A stretch of 54,283 nucleotides of DNA, from assembly GCA_964586365.1 (NCBI GenBank), contig CAZPGI010000001.1, positions 1 to 54,283 on the forward strand, written 5' to 3'. The DNA comes from an uncultured Candidatus Saccharibacteria bacterium. Lineage in GTDB: Bacteria > Patescibacteriota > Minisyncoccia > Minisyncoccales > Minisyncoccaceae. The notes below the pieces were generated by a model. It ran no database searches and was not told the DNA's origin. It saw only the letters and a list, made by a program, of their open reading frames with translations. Below, piece after piece: positions 28,466 to 36,736 of the stretch. A program made the position numbers and the translations under genes. Positions within the stretch are counted from its first letter, which is position 1; each line of letters begins with the position of its first letter.

Positions 28466-31400
28466 ATGAATAAAAACAAAATTCTTTTTATTTTTCTCCT
28501 TTTCCTTATTCCTTTTTTGGCTTTAGCCCTAGAAACAGAGTATCCAGTCATAGGCGGAACCCAGCCCACTCAAAGTACTTCTCCAGCAGAGTTTATAAAA
28601 TACATCTTCAATGTAGTAATTATTGTCGGTATCATTGCCGCTGTTTTTGTGATGACCTTTCAAGGAGTTAATATTCTTTTAGCCAGAGGAGATGTAGCTT
28701 TAGTTTCTACTGCTAAAGAAAAGATTAAAAGCGTTTTTATCGGCTTGATTATCCTTTTAGGCTCTTATCTTATTCTTACTGCTATTAGCCCTGATTTAGC
28801 GGTAATAGACATTAAGCCATTGGAGACTATTCATAAAATAGTAAAAGGACCAGAGCCAGAAGAAGAGACCATTCCCCTTTCTGAATTTGAAGAAATTCCT
28901 TTAGGCACTATCTTAGAAAGCATCTTAGCCGCTAACTCGTCTGAAAGAATCTATAACGATGTTACTGAAGAACTTTGTTATGCTTACGACGAAAACGGAG
29001 ATACTATTGACCGTAATGGTGATAAAAAAATAGACGAGCAAGACCTGTTGAAAGGAGTGGATATGTATTATTGTTTGTCAGAGTTAAATAAAGCTTTAAT
29101 AAAAAAGATAAAAGATATTAATGGAGGCAATTATTTATGTAATACTCCATCAAAAACCGGACCAATTGAAGAAATGAAGGAAGCGATTTCCAGTGGTTGT
29201 AGCTGTCAGTCTTGCGATGTTTGGAAACCGAGATTCTATTGTCCTGGAGAGGAATGCTATCAATGTAAAACCTATAGTTGTGGCGAGTGCAGTACTTGTT
29301 GTAAGGACCATTGTTCTTGCTGCGGCAGGGCCTATTATTCTCCTGATGCAGGCTGCCAAGACCTTAATGATAAAAGCAGAGACCCTTGTGGAGCAACAAG
29401 AGATAAAATAGACTGTGCCAGAAATGAAATTAAGCTTAGGGTTAATGGTACGGGCTATAATGTCCCTGGAGCGACTGAAGATAACTGCGATTTTACGAAA
29501 TACTTTAAAGAAAATGAGTATAAGTTTTTAACTCTTACTATAGCTAAGCAAAGACTCGATTCTTTTAAAACATACTTCCAAAACCATTTAACTGATTTAG
29601 AAAAAGCAGAAACAATGATGAAGTCTCCTTATGGAGAAAGATTGTCTTTAGCTGAGTTTCAAGCTATTCAAGCTGGTGATGCTTATAAAAAAACCGTAGC
29701 CAATTCTTTTAAGAACACTAATAGTAGTTATTCTTACAATCCAGTCAAATACTGCCGAGAGTTTAATTGCACTGGTTACAAAAACGGAGACTCAAAGAAT
29801 CTTTGCGTGTCTGGGGAAAGAGTCAGTTTGACAGAGGCTTTAATGGAAAAGGAAAAATTGATAGATCCTTTATACGATAAATTACCGAAACTCATTGATA
29901 AAAGAATATGCAAGGTAGACAAGGAAAAGGACGTAGAAAGCTATTATTACGATGGGGACGGAGCTACTTTTTATTTTCAATCAGGATACAGCACTAGTCA
30001 ATCTGGCATTCAAGAAAAATGCGCCATTAATTCAAAGATTGAAAAAGAAATGATGAAGGGGCTGATTCCTGTTGGAGAAACAGTTGATGCCACAGAGAAG
30101 TTTGCTCAAGATGTTATTAACATATTAAGCCAGATATCAGCAGAAACCCAGAAAACAATTGAAAAAGCCATTGAATTAAGCGCTTTGCCAGAAAAATGCG
30201 ATTGTTCCTGGGGATGTTCTAATCATTCTGATTGCCGTTGTGTTCCTAGTTCAGAAAGCTGCACTTCTTGCTCTTGCAGTTCTTGTTTGGCTTGCCGTGC
30301 TAACTCTCAATCATTGTGTATCTGTTGTCAAGATTGTGAAGAAGTGGAAGTGATTGATGAAAATATTCCTAGCCCAGAAGATGACATGATTAAGAATTTT
30401 GGTTCTTGTCCATCTTGTCCAAGCATTGTTTCCACAGGCAATGCCAATGAATACTGGACCTATTGTCCTTGCAGCGGAACCTTGCTCATCCCTAATATTG
30501 CTTTAATTACTAATCCTAATTCTAGGTTTTGTTATTTAGGCGAAGACCTGGGTTCTTATTGTGCTATTCATTTTCAAGAAGCGAATTGCCAAGCAGAGTT
30601 TAAAAAACTACCTCGAGTTTGTATTGTTTCCACAATTAATGCTCCTAAATTTGTAAATTATACTATTGAAAGTTGCGAAACAGTTGTTCAAGAGCCGATT
30701 TCAGACGCTATTCTTTGCGGTGGCGGACAAAAAGCTTATTACACCCAAAAAAGCATTCTTAAGCTTAAACCCAAGGGAGAAATAGTTACTATTTGTGAAG
30801 GAGAGCTGCCTGTGGACCAAGAGTTGGTTAATGAAATTAATAAATATTGTAATACAACTTGTGCCCATGAACCAAACTGCCAGCCAGGAAGCTTTCATTG
30901 GGTAAGCGCTAACGAATTTGTCATGAGAGAAGTTTTTTGCAAAGGTCCTGGTTCTCCTAAGGATCCTCAAGGCCTTATTAAAAGAGACTCTGCCCCTTAT
31001 TACAGTTCTCTAAAGGTTGCTTTGCCCGTAGGATATGTGGTGGAAAGCGTTACGGCTATTCCTTTGAGCGATTCAAGGGTCCCTTCTTCTTATCGAAGCT
31101 CAATGGTTCCTGTTCAATATTATCATATTGGAACGTGTTCTACAGAATATACTGATGAAGGACCAATAAAACATTGCGTAGAGGCTGGGTATAATACCTA
31201 TCATTTTATTGATGATGGTTATGCTTTATTGTATAAAATCAGAAATACAAACAGAATAAAGAGAGGAGAAAGCGATAGTCAGGCTGAATATGTTTGTCCG
31301 GTTAATGATATAAAAGACAGGCAGTGTAGGATATTTAAATATAGCGATAGCGATGCTATTGATCCTAAATATCCAGAAAATATTAATACTGACTATAACT

Positions 31401-31858
31401 GCCGAGACGAAAACTCTTCTGGCGCTGGCTATCTTCAGAAAATAGAGCTTTTGAATAACAGGTTGGAAGGCTTGGTTCAAGGCAAGAATCTGAGGAGCGA
31501 TGATGTTAACCGCTGGACTCTTTTAGAAAAGTTATCTTTAATTAGAACTAAACTAGAGTCCTGTATCCAGGGCTATAGTTTTCCCAACAAAGGTGATTTA
31601 ACTAAACAGAGAATATTTTCCTGCCAAGAAGGAATTGAAGATATGATTTTACGCTCCTTAGTTATTCTGCCAGACTTTCCTTATCCCCCTTCTAAAACCT
31701 ATTGGAATTGCTATCCTTTTAATAGCAGTTCTTTAACTGACGAGCAGAAGATATCTTGCTATGCCAATAAAGACGCTGAGGGAACTGCAGCTAGTCCTAA
31801 ATGTCAAAGATTTATTAGCGGCTTATTAGACAATTATTATTGTTGTCAAGGAGAATAA
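28466..31858 (+). CDS. T4SS-pilin-domain (VirB2/TrbC-like) N-terminus fused to a ~950-aa cysteine-rich ectodomain
   Basis: Signal peptide, ALETEYP, TM1 (IIVGIIAAVFVMTF), an ARGD loop, AKEKIKS, then TM2 (FIGLIILLGSYLIL) give the pilin layout. After that come about 66 Cys (hand count), including dense CxxC/CC clusters. Confidence 0.7.
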   Translation: MNKNKILFIFLLFLIPFLALALETEYPVIGGTQPTQSTSPAEFIKYIFNVVIIVGIIAAVFVMTFQGVNILLARGDVALVSTAKEKIKSVFIGLIILLGSYLILTAISPDLAVIDIKPLETIHKIVKGPEPEEETIPLSEFEEIPLGTILESILAANSSERIYNDVTEELCYAYDENGDTIDRNGDKKIDEQDLLKGVDMYYCLSELNKALIKKIKDINGGNYLCNTPSKTGPIEEMKEAISSGCSCQSCDVWKPRFYCPGEECYQCKTYSCGECSTCCKDHCSCCGRAYYSPDAGCQDLNDKSRDPCGATRDKIDCARNEIKLRVNGTGYNVPGATEDNCDFTKYFKENEYKFLTLTIAKQRLDSFKTYFQNHLTDLEKAETMMKSPYGERLSLAEFQAIQAGDAYKKTVANSFKNTNSSYSYNPVKYCREFNCTGYKNGDSKNLCVSGERVSLTEALMEKEKLIDPLYDKLPKLIDKRICKVDKEKDVESYYYDGDGATFYFQSGYSTSQSGIQEKCAINSKIEKEMMKGLIPVGETVDATEKFAQDVINILSQISAETQKTIEKAIELSALPEKCDCSWGCSNHSDCRCVPSSESCTSCSCSSCLACRANSQSLCICCQDCEEVEVIDENIPSPEDDMIKNFGSCPSCPSIVSTGNANEYWTYCPCSGTLLIPNIALITNPNSRFCYLGEDLGSYCAIHFQEANCQAEFKKLPRVCIVSTINAPKFVNYTIESCETVVQEPISDAILCGGGQKAYYTQKSILKLKPKGEIVTICEGELPVDQELVNEINKYCNTTCAHEPNCQPGSFHWVSANEFVMREVFCKGPGSPKDPQGLIKRDSAPYYSSLKVALPVGYVVESVTAIPLSDSRVPSSYRSSMVPVQYYHIGTCSTEYTDEGPIKHCVEAGYNTYHFIDDGYALLYKIRNTNRIKRGESDSQAEYVCPVNDIKDRQCRIFKYSDSDAIDPKYPENINTDYNCRDENSSGAGYLQKIELLNNRLEGLVQGKNLRSDDVNRWTLLEKLSLIRTKLESCIQGYSFPNKGDLTKQRIFSCQEGIEDMILRSLVILPDFPYPPSKTYWNCYPFNSSSLTDEQKISCYANKDAEGTAASPKCQRFISGLLDNYYCCQGE

Positions 31859-31878
31859 ATAATTTTAATAAATTGAAT

Positions 31879-33210
31879 ATGAATAAGAAAAAACTATTAC
31901 TTTCCCTTCTCGCTATTTCTCTTGTTTTGGTTTCTAATGCTTATGCCCTAGAAACTCAATATCCTGAGATCATGGGTAAGAGCATTACTGAAGAAACTAC
32001 ACCTGCCGGCTATGTTGTTTACTTTTTCTACTTAGCTATAGCCCTAGGAAGCGTTTTGGTTTTTATTGTTTTGGTTTTGGCTGGTGTTGACTTTATGACT
32101 GCTGGCGGAGAGCCGGCGAAGATAAGCGAAGCCAAGAAAAAAGTGACAAGCGCGGTTATTGGCTTAGTGGTTCTTTTAAGCTCTTTTCTCATTTTAAATA
32201 GCATTAACCCAGATTTATTAAATATAGAGCTGGAGCAATTAGAATGTCCTTCAGGTATAGGAATTGTAAAAAGAACTACTCTTGGAAAGATAGCCAATGA
32301 TTGTATAAGCTCAGATACGAAAGATATAGAGGGAGAGGTTCTTGAAACCAAAGGATGGAACTTTTCTGGCTGTTCTATTAAGGAAGTATATTTATGCAAT
32401 CAGCCAGATTTTAAAGGAACATGCATTAAGGTTTCTGATGAAAAGAGTCAAGATTATACTTGTCATCCTGATTATCAGTTTACTAGTGGTGTTAGTTTAA
32501 AAGGAGTTAAATCAATAAAATTCGTTTGGCGTTCTCCGGGATTGTATTTATATGATAGTATTGGAATGCAGGCGCAGGATATAACTAAAAACCCAGAATA
32601 TCTGGTTAGTAGTGTCAAAAATATGAACAGCTTAGGGTTTGACAATGCTGCTCAGTCCTCTCAATTTATTTGGCCGGCAACAGAAACAGCAAACGAAGAC
32701 GATACTTATTATGGCGCTGTTTTCTTTGATAGTATTAATTATTCAGGCAGATGCAGCCTAGAAATAATGAATAGAGAAGACCTTGGGGAAGCTAATTCTA
32801 TTGGCAGAAACACTTTGTCTTCAGTTATTCTTTTTACTCAAAATCAAGTATCTGAATCTAAGGACCTGGGAGACATTATTTTTTACAACAATATCGATTG
32901 CGGGCAGAGTACAGCCGAAGAAGTTAAAACCTGTAAATTGGACATAAATAATTTTGTAACTGCGGGAAAAATTAAAAATGCCTGTCCTAATTTTAAAGAC
33001 GGAGATTATGTTCTTTCTTTTAGCATTAGTGGGCCGGGAGGATTGGTTTTAAAAGGCAACCAGAATAATCTTTGCGAGTATTTTGATGTTGGCAGCTTGA
33101 CTTCAGGAAACTGTTATTCAAGCTTAAAAACAAAATCAACAATTTATGTTCAGGGACCGAGCGGGGTTAAGCCAGAATCATACATAATTTTTCCAGTAGG
33201 CAATAAATAA
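31879..33210 (+). CDS. T4SS-pilin-domain N-terminus fused to a beta-gamma-crystallin-like ectodomain (paralogue 1)
   Basis: ALETQYP and two TM helices (AGGEPAKISEAKKKV between them). The C-terminal part carries Greek-key-like FFDSINYSGRC...NTLSSVILF and IIFYNNIDCG. ATG at 31879. Confidence 0.7.
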   Translation: MNKKKLLLSLLAISLVLVSNAYALETQYPEIMGKSITEETTPAGYVVYFFYLAIALGSVLVFIVLVLAGVDFMTAGGEPAKISEAKKKVTSAVIGLVVLLSSFLILNSINPDLLNIELEQLECPSGIGIVKRTTLGKIANDCISSDTKDIEGEVLETKGWNFSGCSIKEVYLCNQPDFKGTCIKVSDEKSQDYTCHPDYQFTSGVSLKGVKSIKFVWRSPGLYLYDSIGMQAQDITKNPEYLVSSVKNMNSLGFDNAAQSSQFIWPATETANEDDTYYGAVFFDSINYSGRCSLEIMNREDLGEANSIGRNTLSSVILFTQNQVSESKDLGDIIFYNNIDCGQSTAEEVKTCKLDINNFVTAGKIKNACPNFKDGDYVLSFSISGPGGLVLKGNQNNLCEYFDVGSLTSGNCYSSLKTKSTIYVQGPSGVKPESYIIFPVGNK

Positions 33211-33212
33211 AT

Positions 33213-34439
33213 ATGAAACAAGCAAACATTCTTGCCATAATCCTATTTTTATCAGTACCCCTTTTTGCCTTAGCCGATTACCCAACTATTAATGGAAGAA
33301 CCATAACCAGTGATTCTACTTTTTCTGATTATGTTGTTTATTATTTTTCTTTGGCTTTAATGATTGGAATTATAGCAGCAGTAGTTATTTTGATAGCTGC
33401 GGGTATTAAGTTTCTGTTTTCTCAAGGAGATACTTCCAAAAGAAGTGACGCAAAAAGAATGATTACTGGAGCTTTTATTGGTTTGATAGTCCTTTTTGGT
33501 TCATATGCTCTTTTAAACTCTTTGAACCCTTCAGCTACCGAGCCAATTGTTGAGCCAGAGCCAGTTGCTTTTGACGGCATTTATTTAATTAAAGAGAATG
33601 GAAGCAAGGTTTTGGTTTCTCAGGATATTCCAGAGACTAGTCAAAACTTTACTGGCATTGAATGGATTTCCAGCGCAGAAGACTTGCCTGCAATTTATAT
33701 TTATGCTGAAAAATACTTTAAAGGCGTGCCAAAAGAAATAACAAACGGAACTTCGGTTTCTATTCCTAAGGGTTCATCAATTTCTTTTTTATGGAAAACA
33801 GCCGGTATTTATCTTTATGACAAGACCAATTATCAACTGGGAAACAAAAGCGCTCCCCTACCCATTAAGTTTAGTCAAGCTTTTTTGGGAGGAAGTTCTT
33901 TTGACAATACAACGCAATCAATTAAAATTAATCAGCCTAGCGATGGTTCAACCTTAGGCGCTATTCTTTTTTCTGAAGATGATTATCGCGGCACTTGTTC
34001 TTGGATTTTAGGAGAAATTTCTGATTTAAGTCAGTCAAGAGGTGAAGAAAATAATCCACCTATAGGTAATAATAATTTATCTTCAATTATTGTTTTAAAT
34101 TTGGCTTCTGGCTCGCCTACAGTTACTTTTTACAATCGAGCTGATTGTCAATATATCCAAAAAGATCCAAGAAACAAAAAATGTGATGTTTCTACAATTA
34201 ATAAAACAAGCACCTTCAAAGAATCCTGTCCTGATTTTACAGGAGACGTTTTATCTTTTTCTTTAAATGAAAATACAGGCGTTCTTTTGAAAACAGAAAA
34301 TGGCCAGTGTCAATTTTTCAAAAGACAAAATAGTCCTCAAGAATGTCAAAGTTTAATTAAATATGGCTATGTTTACAATCCAGACATTAAGAAAGCCATT
34401 AAACCCTATTCTTTTACTATATTTTCTTTGACAAAATAG
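33213..34439 (+). CDS. T4SS-pilin-domain N-terminus fused to a beta-gamma-crystallin-like ectodomain (paralogue 2)
   Basis: LADYP and two TM helices (SQGDTSKRSDAKRMI between them). Greek-key-like YAEKYFKG...SSISF, LFSEDDYRGTC...NNNLSSIIVL and VTFYNRADC. Confidence 0.7.
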   Translation: MKQANILAIILFLSVPLFALADYPTINGRTITSDSTFSDYVVYYFSLALMIGIIAAVVILIAAGIKFLFSQGDTSKRSDAKRMITGAFIGLIVLFGSYALLNSLNPSATEPIVEPEPVAFDGIYLIKENGSKVLVSQDIPETSQNFTGIEWISSAEDLPAIYIYAEKYFKGVPKEITNGTSVSIPKGSSISFLWKTAGIYLYDKTNYQLGNKSAPLPIKFSQAFLGGSSFDNTTQSIKINQPSDGSTLGAILFSEDDYRGTCSWILGEISDLSQSRGEENNPPIGNNNLSSIIVLNLASGSPTVTFYNRADCQYIQKDPRNKKCDVSTINKTSTFKESCPDFTGDVLSFSLNENTGVLLKTENGQCQFFKRQNSPQECQSLIKYGYVYNPDIKKAIKPYSFTIFSLTK

Positions 34440-35167
34440 GAAGAAAGCTTTAACCAATCATTAATGTTTAATTCTTGAGCCCTACTTTTAGGATTGATGC
34501 CAGATTTATTAAGAACATATTCCGTCCTTTCTTTTTTTATCTTTAAACCAGAAGAAAGATTGTTTATTAATTGCTTTCTTGGCTGGGAAAAACTGGTTTT
34601 AACTATTTTAAAGAAAAAATCATCCTTTTTTCTTTTTAAAGGAATCATTTTAAGAATAGCGCTATCAACCTTAGGTTTAGGCCAAAAGCAATTTTTAGAA
34701 ACAAAGCCTTTAATAGTTGGTTTGGCATAATAATTAACGCTTACGGCCAAAAGATTCATTTTTCCTGGCTGAGCGCAGATTCTTTGAGCCACTTCTTTTT
34801 GCACCAAAAGAACAATTTCTTGAGGCTTGTTCTCCATTTCCAGCAGTTTTCTGATTAAAAAAGAAGTAAGGTAATAAGGGATATTGGCAACAACCTTGTA
34901 TTCCCCCTTTATCTCCGGCAAATCTTTCAAAGCATCGCCAGTAATAATTTCTACATTCTCTATTTTTAAAAGAGAGGCTAGGCGTTCATCTTTCTCAATG
35001 GCAATAATTTTTTTCGCTAATTTAGCCAATTCTTTGGTTAAAGCTCCTTTCCCTGGTCCAATTTCCAAAACAATATCATTTTTATTGATATCAGCTGTTT
35101 TGATTATCTTTTGGACAATGTTTTTATCAATTAAAAAGTTCTGACCTAGAGATTTTTTAGGTTTCAT
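34406..35167 (-). CDS. rsmA: 16S rRNA (adenine1518/1519-N6)-dimethyltransferase
   Basis: LGQNFL, the SAM motif EIGPGKGALT, and NIPYY. Confidence 0.9.
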   Translation of the reverse strand: MKPKKSLGQNFLIDKNIVQKIIKTADINKNDIVLEIGPGKGALTKELAKLAKKIIAIEKDERLASLLKIENVEIITGDALKDLPEIKGEYKVVANIPYYLTSFLIRKLLEMENKPQEIVLLVQKEVAQRICAQPGKMNLLAVSVNYYAKPTIKGFVSKNCFWPKPKVDSAILKMIPLKRKKDDFFFKIVKTSFSQPRKQLINNLSSGLKIKKERTEYVLNKSGINPKSRAQELNINDWLKLSSYFVKENIVKE

Positions 35168-35198
35168 TTCTCCTGTGGCTTACTTGTGGATAATGAGC

Positions 35199-35226
35199 TT
35201 GACATAGGCAATAGAAGGGGTAAAAT
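35199..35226 (+). promoter_or_regulatory. Sigma70-like promoter upstream of the LysM-M23 gene
   Basis: TTGACA (35199-35204), 16-nt spacer, TAAAAT (35221-35226). Confidence 0.4.
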
Positions 35227-35317
35227 ATAGGAAAACCGTTAAAGGTTATTTTTAAATAAAACAAGGCCTATTCTCAACAAAACTACAATTGTTAATTATT
35301 GGAAAAGCCATCAAAAA

Positions 35318-36295
35318 TTGGCCTTTTGCTTGATTTTGGCTGGATTATGCCTATTTGTCAACAAAGAAACCAGTCAAACAAAAGCAGTAAGCCAAATTAA
35401 CTTTATCAATACTGAATCAAGCTTGCAAGAGCCGATTACCAGCATTATGACAGGGGAGAACAAGGTTTTAACAGCCGTTTCCTCCCCTCTTTTTATTTCC
35501 TCTCAGTCCATGGGTTCAATCTTTGAGGAAGAAGAAGACAATTCTATTATTAAATACACGGTTAAAAAAGGAGAAACTATTAATCAGATAGCCGATAAGT
35601 TTAACATTTCAACAGAAACTATCCTTTTGGTCAATGAATTAAGCTCAAGCTCAATTAAAGAAGGAGATGAGTTGATGATTTTGCCAGTAGATGGATTGCT
35701 TCATATGGTAGAAAGCGGAGAAACGGTGGAAAAGATAGCAAAAAAGTATAGCGCTGATTCAGAGAAAATAATTGACTTTAATAAATTATCGGGCCAGGGT
35801 CAAGTTTTTGTGGGAGATATTTTAATTATTCCTGGCGGAAAGATGCCTAAATCATCACCAACTGCTACTGGGTCAGTAGCTCAAGTTACTTTGCCTGATT
35901 CCTATTTCATTTCTCCTGCTACTGGCATTATTACTCAAAGAGCTCATTTTTCTCATATTGTTAATGGAGCGAGGCAGTATAATGCAGCAGATATTGCTAA
36001 TTCCTTAGGAACTCCTATTAGAGCTGCGGCTGGTGGAGAGGTCCAGATTGTTAAAACAGTTTGGCCTTACGGCAATTATATCACTATTCTTCATCCTAAT
36101 GGTGTGGTTACTTTATACGGCCATTTGAATGCTTTTGCCAAAGATATTTATTCTGGAAAGCAGGTTTCTCAAGGAGAAATTATTGGCTATATGGGAAGCA
36201 CTGGCTATTCCACTGGCTCTCATCTGCATTTTGAAGTAAGAGGAGCAGCCAACCCTCTTTTAAAATATCCAGTAGGAACAAGAATTAGTTATTAA
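35318..36295 (+). CDS. Membrane-anchored LysM (x2) + M23 metallopeptidase
   Basis: Two LysM repeats (YTVKKGETINQIADKF, HMVESGETVEKIAKKY). M23 motifs HPNGVVTLYGHL and GSTGYSTGSHLHFEV. Probable TTG start. Confidence 0.85.
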   Translation: MAFCLILAGLCLFVNKETSQTKAVSQINFINTESSLQEPITSIMTGENKVLTAVSSPLFISSQSMGSIFEEEEDNSIIKYTVKKGETINQIADKFNISTETILLVNELSSSSIKEGDELMILPVDGLLHMVESGETVEKIAKKYSADSEKIIDFNKLSGQGQVFVGDILIIPGGKMPKSSPTATGSVAQVTLPDSYFISPATGIITQRAHFSHIVNGARQYNAADIANSLGTPIRAAAGGEVQIVKTVWPYGNYITILHPNGVVTLYGHLNAFAKDIYSGKQVSQGEIIGYMGSTGYSTGSHLHFEVRGAANPLLKYPVGTRISY

Positions 36296-36304
36296 AAAAC
36301 CGCC

Positions 36305-36670
36305 CTAAGGAGCGGATTTTTTATTGCATTCATTACAAACCCTTGCTTCAGGAAAAGCTCTCAATCTTTCTAAGGATATTTCTTTATTGCAAATTTCGCA
36401 TTTTCCATACTCTCCTTTTTCTATTTTTTCCAGAGCTAAATTAACGTCTCTTAGTTTGATTTCTAAAGCATGTTCTACTGGCAAAAGGTTTTCGTATTCT
36501 TCTACCTCATCGGCTTCTTCCTCCCAGCCCTCTCCGGCTACATTGGGATAGCGAGTTTGCCAATTATCATTGTTCTCTTGTTTGGCAAAACTAGTTAGTT
36601 CTTTTTTCAGGTCTTCTCTTTTGTTTTGCAAGGAAATTTTTAATTGTTCAACTTCTTTTTCAGTAATCAT
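36305..36670 (-). CDS. DksA/TraR-family C4 zinc-finger protein
   Basis: Coiled-coil N-terminus and CEICNKEI...RVCNECN. Confidence 0.75.
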   Translation of the reverse strand: MITEKEVEQLKISLQNKREDLKKELTSFAKQENNDNWQTRYPNVAGEGWEEEADEVEEYENLLPVEHALEIKLRDVNLALEKIEKGEYGKCEICNKEISLERLRAFPEARVCNECNKKSAP

Positions 36671-36736
36671 AGATGGTTAAAAATAAAGTAGCCGATGATT
36701 GCCACCACGGCTAGTATTATAATTCTTCTTATTATT

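Noticed and set aside
20761-34439. Interpreting the T4SS-like region as an integrated conjugative element or prophage.
   Set aside because: There is no integrase, relaxase, transposase, flanking direct repeat or tRNA boundary. Most of the locus appeared by eye to match the rest of the window in composition (only two 100-nt samples were counted; the SPFH gene sampled GC-richer), and it is interleaved with core genes (jag on one side, rsmA on the other).
35185-35193. A perfect consensus DnaA box, TGTGGATAA (TTATCCACA), upstream of the LysM-M23 gene.
   Set aside because: It is a single isolated 9-mer 16 kb from dnaA with no clustered boxes or AT-rich unwinding element. It is most simply a chance occurrence, or at most a DnaA-regulated promoter.
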